Source: Eledone cirrhosa
Taxonomy: Eukaryota
Assembly: GCA_964016885.1 (NCBI GenBank)
Contig: OZ024749.1
Location: forward strand, 44,516,001-44,580,000
Length of the DNA stretch: 64,000 nucleotides
Reading direction: 5' to 3'
Under the pieces are notes generated by a model. It made no database searches. It was not told where the DNA came from and saw only the letters and a program-made list of their open reading frames with translations. The translations under genes and the position numbers were made by a program. Shown here piece after piece: positions 48,564 through 64,000 of this stretch (position 1 is its first letter; the number at the start of each line of letters is the position of its first letter).

Positions 48564-49245
48564 CCAAGAGGTTATCAAAATACGATAAAAGATGTCTTCA
48601 GACGTCTTCTATAATATTCCTAGCGTTCTGCTTTGATGCTTTATATCAAATAACATATATCCAATAGCAGACACTTCTTAGAAACCTTCATCTCAAGTAG
48701 AAATGATATTTCGGTAAAGTTTCGCTATTCCAATAAATGGGTATCGATCGATTTTAATATTCCTTCCTCCACTCTCTTTTTCTCTGTCTTATTTCTTTTC
48801 TGTCCCTCTGTGACTCGCACTCTCCCTCTCTTTCGTACGCCATCTCACTCTCTCACTCACACACACGTACACACTTATATGTATGTATGTATGTATGTAT
48901 GTAAGCATGCATGTATGTATGTGTGTATGTATGTATGTATGTATGTATGTATGTATGTATGTATGTATGTATGTATGTATGTGTGTATGTATGTGTATAT
49001 GTATGTATGTTCCTCTGGTTTTATAATTTCACGTTTTTTTGCCAATAGAGAGAGAGTCGGTTTCTAACATAGACACAAGACACTCTCATTGGAATTTACA
49101 CGACATCAACTAGGTAGACATGTATGCATGTCTGCATGCATGCATGTGTAGGTATGGATGTTATTGTATGTGTGGATGTGTATGTTTTGATTTGTATGTG
49201 CGCAGATGTATATGCTTAGTATCTGTACATGTGTATATGCAGTTA

Positions 49246-49553
49246 TTAGATGCAAAATATTTGGAATGTTTTACATATTTTTACTGTTCCATTAATGGAT
49301 TGTACTTGTAATTTCCTAACTAGTTGTGTTCTTTCTGTTCCTGTGAAGCCCAGCTTCTCAAGATTTGTATTGAGGTAGTTTCTAACATACCCCAGTGCCT
49401 CAATAACCACAGGCATAAATATGAAGGTGTAATCAGGGTGAAGTATCTGCAGAGTTCTCATCAGTTCTGTATAAATATTCTACTTTTCGCTAATCTTTGA
49501 TATTATATTGGCATCTGCTGGACAGCTAACTTCCACTACTGTGCATGCCTTCT
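49246..49553 (-). mobile_element. 3' end of an REL-endonuclease non-LTR retrotransposon (R4/Dong-like), decayed
   Basis: CTVVEVSCPADANIISKISEK*NIYTELMRTLQILHPDYTFIFMPVVIEALGYV fits the REL pattern (D/E)V..P.D.N..K..EK..KY..L...PVVIGALG; one in-frame stop. Confidence 0.82.
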
Positions 49554-49594
49554 CATGCATATATATATATGTATGTATATGTGTATATATATAT

Positions 49595-49713
<119 letters not shown>

Positions 49714-51109
49714 AATGCATGTGCAGGCCATTATTTCTACTTAATATGGGTGATGATCATGATGAAGATGATGATGATATATGTGATTATGAATTATTAA
49801 AAAAAAAATCACTAGGGGAAGGAATGTTCATAATTTCATATTTTTCTCCGTACTGCCGCCGTCCTAGTCTTGATAGCAAAGTTTCAGTACGAACAAACAT
49901 TACGTTAAGCCCAGGCCTCTATTGTTGTTCGACATATGTCGCGTGCACTCATGTTTCGAAGAAACTTTCGGTGTGTCAGGTAAAAGAACACACGGTTGAT
50001 CTGTGTCAACTGAGAATAGAAGAGCTTAAACCTAGCTTTAGAAGAGAGAAAAGTCCAAAATAATCACTTTAGAATCCTCCATTTCGTGTCGTTGATTTAC
50101 ACAGCTCACCCGGGACTTGTACAATGATTCTATAGAAAACCGGATTTTCGCTAACGTGTTTTGTTTAGTTTTTGTCTTTGTAATTTTATTATTATTATTT
50201 TCTATTTTTTTCTTCTTATTGTTGTTATTTTTACTTGCTGTAAATCACATGTCCCATATAATCATACTTGAAAGACTATATTAGTGTAGAGACTGAACTT
50301 AGTAATATTAGCATAAGTATTTGTTGTTGTTTTATATTTTGTCATTTGCGTTCAGTTATAATTTCACCTCTTTTACTTTACTCTTCTTTCTTACCTACAT
50401 ATCTTCCTCTATTTCTCGTTTTGTAGCTCTCTATCCTTCTTTCTCTCTCTCCGCTTTTCTACATATCTTTCTTTCTCTGTATCTGCCTTTCTACATATAT
50501 TTCTTTCCTTCTCTCTTTCTCTCTTTCTCTCTTTCTCTCTTTTTCTCATGTACTTAGTGAGAACAATGTATTCTTTTGATTATTCTTTCAGTCGTCTGTG
50601 TTGTGATACTTATGTATACTAAACTCAGTAAAGGTAGAAACGCAGCAAGCTGACTTCAGTATTAAGTCGTTAGGTGCCCAGAGTATTAATCTAGTTCGTG
50701 ACTCCGACTCCATGGTACTAACTTTTCTGCCAAACACCAAGATATATAGATGACTAGAGAAACACGAACACTGATAGCAAGGAGGACTAATATTGTTGAT
50801 TTTGATTGCTCCGAAGCAGAAATAAAACCGCCTGTTTTTCTTTTTCTCTTTTTCGTCAGTTTCCTACGAACGAATTGACCTAGCTATATATGAACATGTA
50901 TATAAACATATATTAATCAGGAATATTTTCTAGTGTAAATGGTGGAGAAATTGCTGAAATAGAAGGTTATTAGATTAAATGTCTCCCCATACTTATATAC
51001 GCCTCTTACTTTTACAATATAATAAAATCATTTTTGGGATAGGCTGTAGATTTTTTCCCTTCTGATGGCAATAACATATATTGTATTATCATATTATCCT
51101 AGATTTTAG

Positions 51110-51460
51110 TGTAGGCCTAATATAGCCGGATAATGTAACGGTTAACTTCACAATCCTTAAGTCTCGGGCTCAAACCCAATGTATGGATACTTGGGAAATT
51201 GTCAATTATCGCTATCACTTGGAAAGTGTCGTTTACCATAGGTTATGGGAGTTAAATTGAGAAGACAGAAACAGTACGAAAGATTTATTTCAAAGAGCTA
51301 GCATTAGCGCCCACTGTGTCATGTTGAATCTTCCTGAGAATGGTGTTAACGCTACATGTGCCTTTGGAAATATCAGCCACTTACGTGCTAATTTCGTGGA
51401 GAGGCTGTTCCATTGATCGCACAAATGGAACATTCATTGTCAAAACTGAAGGAATTCAAT
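51110..51460 (+). mobile_element. Old degenerate SINE-like repeat
   Basis: Its 3' part resembles the reverse complement of 6878-6945; otherwise recognised only from memory of cephalopod SINE tails. Confidence 0.4.
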
Positions 51461-51848
51461 TCCATTCTAGTTGTAGTAAACAACATTACCCAAAATACAT
51501 CACTGGTAAATGTATATATCACCAATTAAGTTTTGAGTAAGTTTATTACATTAATATTAACATACAATAGCAGACTATAGTATCGAGTCCATCATTAGCC
51601 AACTATTCCGGGAGAACACGGTTTAAAATGCATGCGATTTATACTAATATTATTTTGAATTTTAAAGCTTTTGAATTAGAAAATTCTACAAACTTTGATG
51701 AGTAATTTAATGATTGTTTAAAACAATTATTAATAAAATCATACAAAACTATGAAAACAAAACTTAATAAATTAGATAAAACTAGCACACAGTCGTGTTT
51801 TCAGCATGATAAGTCGAAGAGTAAAACTTTTCCGCATATATATATATA

Positions 51849-51924
<76 letters not shown>

Positions 51925-52027
51925 TTTAAAAAGTGATATAGATATATAGATATGTAAATATGTACGTATACACACTAATACATATATATATAGATTATAT
52001 AGTGTTGTGTATATTTATGTATGTGCC

Positions 52028-52066
<39 letters not shown>

Positions 52067-52806
52067 TATACGCGTAGTCATATCTATATACCTTTATACA
52101 TATATACATAAATATATCTTGGCATAGATGCATACATAAGGACATACATAAGTACATACAAACGTAGGATACATACATAGATGGAAACAAATATATTCAC
52201 GATAAACGGAAGCGGTTTGAATCTGCTAGCTTACAAGTGAACTTTTAGTTCATCATTCTCTGAATAATCGTGACTCAACAATCTGGAGCATTTTATAAAA
52301 CGTTAATAAAAGTAAAATAACTCTACGAAAGAACATCCGTGACTGACAGTGAAATATACGTTGAAAGATGGAGTAGCTTCCGTTACAACGAAGCCGGGTT
52401 CTATTCTTTCCATGCATTTCACAAAGACACCGCAATCACATATTAATGACAAGTTGTTGTCAAAAACGCGCATTTCTCTTGCATGGAAATATTAGAGAAA
52501 CAATCTATGGTAAAACAACTTTGATACAATATTTCAACGTCTGTGTCTGTGTGTGTGTATATCACTGTGTATCACTGTGTATCACTGTGTGTCACTGTGT
52601 GTTACTGTGTGTCTGTGTGTCTGAAGATATGTTTCATTCTGGAATTGTGTACACACACACACATAGAAACGCAAACACACACACACTCACATATGCATAT
52701 ATATATCAATATATACAATGTATGTGTGTGTGTATAGATATGAGTGTACATGTATATATAATGTTATATAATATATTTACATGTATATATATATATATAC
52801 ACACAC

Positions 52807-52888
<82 letters not shown>

Positions 52889-52936
52889 GTATATATATAT
52901 ATTTATTTATATGTATATATATATATAAATATAAAT

Positions 52937-53145
52937 AGTAATAATAATAAAATTGAAGACTAAAATCCAAAGAGGGCTCGATAAGGATAAATATATCAAA
53001 TATATCAAATATATCAAATATGTCAAATATATAAGAACCGTAGAGCAAATATTATTTAAAAAAAAACAGATTAAAGTTTTAAAATTGAAGACTAAAATTG
53101 AAGACTAAAATCCAAATTTTAAAACTTTAATCTGTTTTTTTAATA
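52937..53145 (-). mobile_element. Family C element, rearranged
   Basis: Long end (minus) with an aaatatatc expansion, a duplicated aaaattgaagact, then the inverted short end. Confidence 0.75.
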
Positions 53146-53174
53146 AATATAAATATATATATATATATATATAC

Positions 53175-53412
<238 letters not shown>

Positions 53413-53632
53413 GTGAAGGCGTGTGGCTGAGTGGTTAGAGAACTGGATTCGCAATCGTGAGGTTGTGAGTTCGATTCCTGGACCGGGCGATGCGTTATGT
53501 CCTTGAGCAAGACACTTTATTTCACGTTGCTCCTTCTACCTGGAGTTGCGACCGATAGATAGTATTAGCAATTGGAAAGACCAATGGAAACATTGTTTCC
53601 TCGGTCCGATTTGAAGAAAGTCGATCGTTAGG
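53413..53632 (+). mobile_element. tRNA-derived SINE group 1a
   Basis: Near-identical to 17620-17840. Confidence 0.93.
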
Positions 53633-53898
53633 AATATATATATATCCAAATATATATATCCATATATAGATACACCATGTATATATATATATATATATCA
53701 TGTGTGTGTGTGTGTGTCCGTCCATATACATGTATATATAGTTTTATTCATTGTCACATAGTTTTATTCATTGTCACAAATACTGTTTGTCCTTTTAACC
53801 GAGGCTCAATCGACCATTTGCTGTGATTGTCAATCTGACGCCTTCTTCACACACACGCGCATATAGCTTATACATACACACATATACATTGTATATAT

Positions 53899-53936
<38 letters not shown>

Positions 53937-53944
53937 GGTTATAT

Positions 53945-54157
53945 AGTGTAATAATAATACATTTGAAGACTAAAATCCAAAGAGGGCTCGATAAGGATAA
54001 AAATATATCAAATATATGAGAACGATAGAGCAAATATTTATTAAAATAACAGATTAAAGTTTAAGCAAAGATTCGGTGCTTTCAGACTTAACGGGATCTT
54101 CTGAAGATCCCGTTACATGTGAAAGCAACGATTATTTGCTTAAACTTTAATCTGTTA

Positions 54158-54163
<6 letters not shown>
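53945..54163 (-). mobile_element. Family C element, asymmetric palindrome centred at 54102
   Basis: Centre taacgggatcttc t gaagatcccgtta; long end at left, short end at right. Confidence 0.85.
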
Positions 54164-54217
<54 letters not shown>

Positions 54218-54281
54218 ATAAAAAACGAAAAGGCTCGCAAATTGAACTGTATATCTAATATTATTCAGTTAATAATAATAC

Positions 54282-54312
<31 letters not shown>

Positions 54313-54638
54313 ACATAATCAGCGAAGCATTTAAAACATATTTAGCTTAAGCCAAAACCTCGATTAGGAAGAATATAAACTATACAAACTAAAATAAACC
54401 AGCTTCACTCATATAAGCTCCACTCCTGCAGTTTCTGTAATTAAAAAACAATTTTAATTATCTCAATAAAATGAGACAACCAATATTGGAAGAAAGTCCC
54501 TGACCGAGGGAACATTTTGGAAGAGGAAAAAAATATTTAATAAATATCATAGTCCATGCCCTTAACTTTCTGACTTTAAATGTTTTCACACTAGTTTATT
54601 AGCTATTTTGTAGCATCTCCGCGTATGAGCCCATCATT

Positions 54639-54693
<55 letters not shown>

Positions 54694-54727
54694 ATAATAT
54701 ATTATATATATTATATATATATATATA

Positions 54728-54782
<55 letters not shown>

Positions 54783-54802
54783 TAATATATATATATATAT
54801 AA

Positions 54803-54893
<91 letters not shown>

Positions 54894-54898
<5 letters not shown>

Positions 54899-56367
54899 AA
54901 CCAGTAAGACCCCGACAGCTGAGCTCAAGCCGTTTCGACGGCTAATTCTGGACTAAATGAACATTTATCCTGGTATTTAAATAGCCGATCTTCTCAAGGG
55001 GTAATTCCATATATGGTCAAAGTTATTGTCAAAAATCAGTAGTAATTCTGTGGTTGCAAATTAGTAGGGGAGATGGTGGCTAAACCTGCCAGTAGGAGAA
55101 AGAGGGGAGGGGGTGGAGTAGACCCAATCAAGCGTTGGTAGTGCCAGCTACAGCTGGGCATGAGGTCAAAGAAGATACAGGGGAGGGGGAGGGGGAGGAA
55201 GTCGGAACGGTAGGTAGAACAATGGGGGGTAAAAATAGGAAAGAAAAAATACTGAGAGTGAAGAAAAGCAAAAAAGTGTAAAGAAAAAATTAAATTCTAC
55301 GACCTAGGTGTCAGGCTATTGTTAGGCGAGAATAAAATAAAGAAAGAAAGAAAGAAGTAAATAAATAAATAAATAAATAAATAAGGAAATAAGTAAAAGA
55401 ACTAGGTGGGACGAATTAAGCAAGGACCCTTTTAAGAGGTATAAGTACGTAAATGATACGGTGACTGGTCAACAAAAGGGGCCAAAATACTAAAGAGACT
55501 ACCACGAAATAAACAATAAAGGTTTCCATCCCGGGCCAGCAACGACCCAGTGCAGCAAAGTGAACTTGTACGACATAATAATTCTGAGTCCCGGGAAAAA
55601 TATATACTAATGCTAACTCTAAAAGATCTAAAACAAGCTACATGAAAGTTCGTACGAAATAAAGGTAGAATACGGAGAAATAAGTTCAGAATCCACCCCG
55701 CCCAGAAGAAAAGCGAAGCAAGAAATACTGAAACGAAAAAATAAGGCATAAGTGCCACTAAGAAATAAAGAGGGCACAGAGAATAGTGGGAGCGGTCGGA
55801 AAAGGGGGGCAAGTATCCGGGGTCTAAGCCAACTGCTATAAAGGGCGGAGTCCGCCAAATCTATCAAAGACTAGGGGAGGGGGGAGTGGGGGTACTTTTT
55901 TCTTTACACTTTTTTGCTTTTCTTCACTCTCAGTATTTTTTCTTTCCTATTTTTACCCCCCATTGTTCTACCTACCGTTCCGACTTCCTCCCCCTCCCCC
56001 TCCCCTGTATCTTCTTTGACCTCATGCCCAGCTGTAGCTGGCACTACCAACGCTTGATTGGGTCTACTCCACCCCCTCCCCTCTTTCTCCTACTGGCAGG
56101 TTTAGCCACCATCTCCCCTACTAACTTGCAACCACAGAATTACTACTGATTTTTGACAATAACTTTGACCATATATGGAATTACCCCTTGAGAAGATCGG
56201 CTATTTAAATACCAGGATAAATGTTCATTTAGTCCAGAATTAGCCGTCGAAACGGCTTGAGCTCAGCTGTCGGGGTCTTACTGGTTCCTATTACCCACTC
56301 TACTACCTCAAGTATTGAGTACTTTGGTGCGTTATGGTCCACCTGGTTCCTTACCACATTTCCTTCG

Positions 56368-56370
<3 letters not shown>
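54894..56370. mobile_element. Family B longest copy: 396-bp inverted repeats, 606-bp spacer, ~80-bp extension
   Basis: 54894-55289 is the reverse complement of 55896-56291 (one mismatch seen); flanked by (TA)n. Confidence 0.9.
56183..56276 (+). ncRNA. Type I hammerhead ribozyme motif (U3-A8 variant), family B (mirror copy 54909-55002, minus)
   Basis: acccc TTGAGAA gatcggcta[...]tagccgtc GAAA cggcttgagctcagctg TC ggggt; predicted GUC cleavage after 56271. Confidence 0.8.
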
Positions 56371-56422
<52 letters not shown>

Positions 56423-57244
56423 ATATATATATATATATAGTTCGTATCATAAGAACCTCTGTTATTTTGGACATTCCAATAAAAGCTTCACGGTTCTGAG
56501 ACATTCACAACCATTTATTAAATTTCATTTAACACGAAGAAAGAATATCTTAGAAGAATATTCAATAAATCATATGATTGATTCGAGTTTTCGAACAGGA
56601 CTCAGTTAATATTTATTCGTTATCTGGAATATATATATAAACATGACAGATTCCCTGCTATATATTTACTGTGTATATATTTACCAACGTAGATTAATAT
56701 AAGCTGAAGGTAGCGAGATAAAATTTTAATTACTAAAAGGATAGAAAAAATATATCATCCTAAGAAAACAATAAGGAAACAATATCATTATGAAACGTAG
56801 TTTTCTAACTCAATGGAATCTAAACGAGCAATATACCCAGATGGTGAGAAATGATGAGATATTTCCACTAAGACAAACATTCACACACGCATCAACACAC
56901 ATATTAGCACATAACAAATATTTAACATAACACATATATATTAATACACAAATAAACACGTATATAAATGCATACACAATCGTACGTGCACAGACACACA
57001 CACACCTAAACTATTACAAACATATTAACTAAACAATCACACATAACCACATACACACAAAACACACACCAACATATAGTCTCATAAAACACATACATCA
57101 TTATAGACACACACAGACACATAGGCCGAACAGGGATACATGTATATTTTAATTAGCTAAGCTGTCTTTCAGACTTTTATATACCTATATTTTAGACAGC
57201 TCACGTACTACGTTCTCTCTCACCACTCCTCTAACCCTCCACTC

Positions 57245-57384
<140 letters not shown>

Positions 57385-57414
57385 AGTATGTATGTATATA
57401 TATATATATATATA

Positions 57415-57564
57415 GGAACAAGTAGGTCCAGAATTAGCCGTCGAAATGGCTTGAGCTCAGCCGTCGTGGTCCTACTTGTTCCTATTACCCACTCTACTAC
57501 CCTAAGTATTGAGTACTTTGGTGCGTTAAGGTCCATCTGTTTCCTTACCACATTTACTTCGTTA
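57415..57564 (+). mobile_element. Family B truncated copy
   Basis: Inverted short end ggaacaagtagg followed by a homologue of 56232-56370. Confidence 0.88.
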
Positions 57565-58081
57565 TATATATATATATATATATATACTTAAATGTATATA
57601 TTTATATATATATATACATATATATATTTATATATACATACATATACATACAAACTTTTTCAGTTTGTATGGCGTTTTAACATATTGTTTAGCTCCAGTT
57701 TTCTTAACTATTGAGCACTTGCCAGCATTTCTACGATTTTGAGTTTCGTTTCGCTTTTTCTACCAGTCGAAATACGATTCTCGCTGAATTATATTTATAT
57801 ATATAAATATATATATATATTGAATTAGAAACACTGTCGTAACTTTTAATTCCTTCATATGAACATACATAGGGTTTTCCGTCTCCATTGTATATGCTTG
57901 TACAATTATTAAGCAATAATAGGGAAGCAAGATAATGAAAACCTTAAGAAAACTTACGTGGATTAAATTCTGAATGAGTATTCAAAATAAAGCAAAAATA
58001 AAAGCATTACAGAATGGAATATGTGATTCTGTCGCCTTCGTTTCTATGGCATATATTCATCCCCTCATATATATATCTATA

Positions 58082-58113
<32 letters not shown>

Positions 58114-58125
58114 CATATATATATA

Positions 58126-58204
<79 letters not shown>

Positions 58205-58295
58205 GCATATATATACACATGCACATATATATGCATGTGTATATACATGCATGTATATCTACCTATATATACATATATAAATATATATATATATA

Positions 58296-58483
58296 TAACG
58301 AAGGAAATGTGGTCAGGGACTAGATAGACCATAACGCACCAAAGTACTCAATACTTAGGGTAGTAGAGTGGGTAATAGGAACAAGTATGACCCCGACGGC
58401 AGAGCTCAAGCCGTTTCGACGGCTAATTCTGGACTCAATTCGTCGAAACGGCTTGAGCTCTGCCGTCGAGATTCATACTTGTT

Positions 58484-58486
<3 letters not shown>
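58296..58486 (-). mobile_element. Family B truncated copy with inverted short end
   Basis: 58296-58437 minus, 58441-58486 plus. Confidence 0.88.
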
Positions 58487-58581
<95 letters not shown>

Positions 58582-59239
58582 TTTATATTAGTAGAGAATT
58601 ATATATGGATTGTATGGAATGCCTATACTGTTAGCTATTTTCCCACAGACGCCATACTATTCGTGCTAATATGTGAGGGATGTCTAGCCGTATGGTTAGT
58701 AATGTGGATTCAAAATCCCCTGGTTCCAGGCTGGATTCCACTACACTACATATGTATTTTCTCAAGTAATAATATCTTCCCAGTTATCAATGCTTTCGTC
58801 TCTGCAACTACAACCTTCCCTAAATAAAGACCCTCTTACTATGACCTGGTTAAATCCTCCCCAAATTAAGTGTATAAGTATACAAATGATTAACAACATA
58901 TATGATGTCTCTATTTTCAATATTTATAATAAATCGCTGATCTGGTTCAATCGGTAGTAGCGTTGGATTAAATTGTTTCGTTATATATTCTATCTTAAAT
59001 CCTTCCAAGTTTAACGTTTTTTTTCTTCTCTACGATGTTGAGTAATAAATAGTTTACCATTCCGGGACTGTGATCATTCCTGATGATTTCAAACGAATGA
59101 AACAGTTCTAGAAGAAATTTCTCCCTCTCACTTGGTATCTCTCTGTCTATCTCTATGTCTGTCTGTCTCTCTCACTCTGTCTTTGATGATTTTTTTCCAA
59201 AGAAACAGTATTAATCCCGTAGAAGCCATCTCTATATCA

Positions 59240-59310
<71 letters not shown>

Positions 59311-59773
59311 ATCGTATTCAAAGGCCATGAATCTAGACAATATTAAAATAAAAACATTGGTCTCGGTTTAGATGTTTAGGACACGAACCGATAACGGTCC
59401 ACGCACGTACATTCGTACCATTTCACCTACACATTCCCACTACATACCCGCAAATGTATAATGGTTTGTTTTCTTTAAAAAATGTGTTCATTCTCACTAC
59501 CTACGTTTTCAATGGCACATATCCTATCACGTATATACATCATTATATCGATACCTAACACTCTCAGTCTTATAACAATTCCTGCATACGGATCAGTATC
59601 ACCTCTATCGTGTGTAATCCTGCGTACTACATTCCCTTTACACATATTCACCTATTGCTGTTCATTCTTCTGAAATCCTTTCTTCATACACAAGCCATAC
59701 AATCGACCATCTTCCTTGGCAACATTTATTGTTCTCTGTCGGTAAAATTCAACCATTTTTGTGTGGTACACCT

Positions 59774-59804
<31 letters not shown>

Positions 59805-59807
<3 letters not shown>

Positions 59808-59895
59808 CGAAGGAAATGTGGTAAGGAACCAGATGGAGTCCAGAATTAGCCGTCGAAACGGCTTGAGCTCAGCCGTCGAGGTCCTACTCGTTCCT
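59805..59895. mobile_element. Family B minimal copy
   Basis: Long end (minus, ~30 bp) joined to the plus-strand HHR 3' half and short end. Confidence 0.85.
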
Positions 59896-60032
59896 ATATA
59901 TATATATTTATTTATTTATTAAAATAAAAGATTAATAAATATTTAATAAATATTTGCTGTACGGTTATTATATATATTTATATATATATATATATTATCC
60001 TAATCGAACCCTCTTCGGATTTATTATTCTTA

Positions 60033-60128
<96 letters not shown>

Positions 60129-61104
60129 ATATATTCAAAAGTGTCAGCTGGTCCGAAACTTTGATAACTTTTCTTTTCTTTGACAACACAATATATTAAC
60201 AATGTATTACGTTGATTTTTAACTGGTGATGTATTGTTCAACATATTATTGTTCATTTTTTGGTCCATCAAATGATTCCTGAATTCAAAACTATATTGAC
60301 ACAGATCAAACCCCGATTACTCTATTAATATATATCTTAATGAACCATTTGTCAGTCTCATAGTAGACATTTTAAGAAAATATATTTTCCTAGATTGGTC
60401 TTACAAATCTGGTGACTAAATTCATACGGTTCCACTCCCAGCTAGCTATCAGATACATTATTAACACAGCCGGCCCTCTGCCTTCGCTATTACGTAATTT
60501 AAGCTAGTTTATCCTATTGAAACCTAAGTGACGCAATCATTAATAGAAGAAGGATATAGCGATGCAGTGATATATTTATTTCTTGTTAACAGTGGTTTAC
60601 ATATATTGGCAAGCATCAGTATTAATATGAATGTGATTACTCAACATTTTACAATAAGAATTAAGACTATATGAACTAATTCCATCGTTAGTATATTGCC
60701 AACAAATCATTTTTAGCTGTGCATAGTAGATACATAGTAAAATATTGTATCATTAACCAAGAAATATTCACTAAAAATTCGTCTGTGATATAACAAACTC
60801 TACCATACTATTTACCACTGCCAAGCATTTACCACTGCAATTTGCACATCATTACCTCCACCATTTTGTGACAAGAAAAACAAAACTTTATAAGAGAATA
60901 TAACAAAATCAAAACACACAAAAAATGGCTGCCCACGTAGGATACTATATTCCGCTATCGGGGAGTTATCGTAATGTATTAAATCCTATTGTTAAAGTTG
61001 TCATCATTAGCACACGTCACTTATCATCAAATTCTTCGCCTCAAACATCAATGTGATTACAACTACAACTACTAACGATAGCTATATTAAACAACATATA
61101 ACAG

Positions 61105-61218
<114 letters not shown>

Positions 61219-61235
61219 GTGTGTGTATATATATA

Positions 61236-61277
<42 letters not shown>

Positions 61278-61300
61278 TATATATATAGATATATATACAT

Positions 61301-61354
<54 letters not shown>

Positions 61355-61444
61355 CATATATACAGAGAGAGAGAGATATATTTATATATATAATTATACA
61401 TATATATATATGCATATATATTTATTAATATAAATATACATTTA

Positions 61445-61485
<41 letters not shown>

Positions 61486-61494
61486 ATATATGTA

Positions 61495-61574
<80 letters not shown>

Positions 61575-61744
61575 CATCAAAACCAGTCCCACCCATGACG
61601 CCTTCTACTACCTATTTTACAACATCACATCCGTACTAATTAATACGAGAACACAAAAAAAGTTTTAAAAAACAAAAAAAAGCAAATACCGACACAGCAT
61701 TTACCGAATCTCCGTATTTCTAATTGATACATATAAATATTGCT

Positions 61745-61812
<68 letters not shown>

Positions 61813-61821
61813 TATATATAT

Positions 61822-61878
<57 letters not shown>

Positions 61879-62303
61879 TGTGCCGCTGTATGCGTGAGAG
61901 TCTATACGTATACATATTTATATAAGCATATATATATATGCATGTGTTTATGTATATATAGGTATGTCACTTTCCAGGTTAGCATTATGAGACATCAGTA
62001 AAGTCAACTAGATCATTTTGTCATTTTTATGGAAACTGAGCGAAAGATCTTCCCACCCCCCCCACCACCCCCCAACACACACACACGCATACACACATCT
62101 ACCCATCTCCTCACACACACACCTACACTAGCTGCTCCACCAAGCCTCTGTTGAAACAATGAGTGTTAATGACGTTTATAGAATACATACCACCTTCATT
62201 GTTGGAGACATAGGATATTCGGGATGATTATATGCATTTCTGAATAGCAGAATTTGGTGATACGAAAAACAGAGAGAAATAGGGAGTGAGAATGATATAG
62301 GGT

Positions 62304-62358
<55 letters not shown>

Positions 62359-62546
62359 GGAGAGGGAGATAGTGAAAGAAAGAGGGAGAGTAAGAGGGAA
62401 ATAAAGAGGGAGTTGGAGATAGAGAGGGGCAGTGGGGAGAAAGAGGTCTATATACGGAGAGAGTGAGAAGCACAGAGATAAATAGAGATTGGAAAATAGA
62501 AGCTGAGGGTGATAGAAAGAGTTAAAATAATCATTACACATATATG

Positions 62547-62970
<424 letters not shown>

Positions 62971-62982
62971 ATATATATATAC

Positions 62983-63023
<41 letters not shown>

Positions 63024-63099
63024 ATTGTTTATATATATATATGTAAATATGAATGTTTATCTATATACGTATATGTGCGTATATATATATATATATATA

Positions 63100-63240
63100 T
63101 AACGAAGGAAATGTGGTAAGGAACCAGGTGGACCATAACGCACCAAAGTACTCAATACTTGAGGTAGTAGAGTGGGTAATAGGAACCAGTAAGACCCCGA
63201 CAGCTGAGCTCAAGCCGTTTCGACGGCTAATTCTGGACTC
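63100..63240 (-). mobile_element. Family B truncated copy (long end only)
   Basis: Reverse complement of 56231-56370. Confidence 0.9.
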
Positions 63241-63693
63241 ATATGTATGTACATATATATATATATATATATGTACATACATAAACAGCTTTGGTTGTTT
63301 TACTATGCTTAAAACCGTCGTTCCGTAAGACGTATGTACCTGATTATGTGTGCAGTCTGATTTTCAGGATTTGACTGTTGCCTCGTAGATAATGGCCTCT
63401 CTCTCTTACATGACACATCTACAGGGCATGGGTTTCTCATGCTAGCATCAGGCTAGGTAGCGATGTGATGATTTATTGTTTATAATTCATTTAAAGTTGG
63501 GCATTGAACTAAAATTGACTGTAAGGTTGTGCCTTTTGAAATGTTTCCTCTAAAGTTGACTAGATTGGAAGTGTTTGCACTGACGTTCGGTGAGAAGGGA
63601 GGCGGGAACCATATTGTCCTATGGTTATATTTGAATCATATATATATATATATATATAAATGCATATATATGTATGTGTATGAGTGTGTGCAA

Positions 63694-63727
<34 letters not shown>

Positions 63728-63771
63728 CTTTCTCTATCTCTCTCTTTCTCTCTCTCTCTCTTTCTCTCTCT

Positions 63772-63861
<90 letters not shown>

Positions 63862-64000
63862 ACATACATTTGCGTGTGTGTGAGTGTGTTTGTGTATGCA
63901 TATATATACAGATGTAAGCTTGCAAACATATCTACATTAAAAAAATCCGCGACTTATATTTTTTTTTTTCAAAAAAAATTCGGTTTCATTTTTATGAAAT

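Noticed and set aside
54894-56291. DNA transposon/MITE with 396-bp TIRs
   Set aside because: The element extends ~80 bp beyond one arm, arm length varies from ~12 to 396 bp among copies, and the arms contain hammerhead motifs. This fits inverted pseudo-LTRs better.

Overview
AT-rich, microsatellite-saturated animal DNA with one 200-N gap (43424-43623). From memory the SINE families and (TA)n/(CA)n density resemble an octopus/coleoid genome; this is inference, not verified. No host protein-coding gene can be supported, and nearly all listed ORFs are artefacts of simple repeats. Recognisable content: two groups of tRNA-headed SINEs, decayed 3' ends of RTE-clade LINEs, the REL-endonuclease end of an R4/Dong-like LINE, and several minisatellites. 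The main signal is at least five unrelated short non-coding repeat families (here A-E) lying inside (TA)n tracts. Each carries a hand-folded type I hammerhead ribozyme (HHR) motif. Most insertions are asymmetric inverted pairs with one short and one long terminus pointing outward, like non-autonomous Penelope-like (PLE) pseudo-LTR or retrozyme elements. Families A and B have the non-canonical core UUGANAA (U3-A8 swap of the C3-G8 pair). Family A has two identical HHRs 591 nt apart in direct orientation, predicting a self-excised, possibly circular, 591-nt RNA. All folds were done by eye and ribozyme activity is untested.
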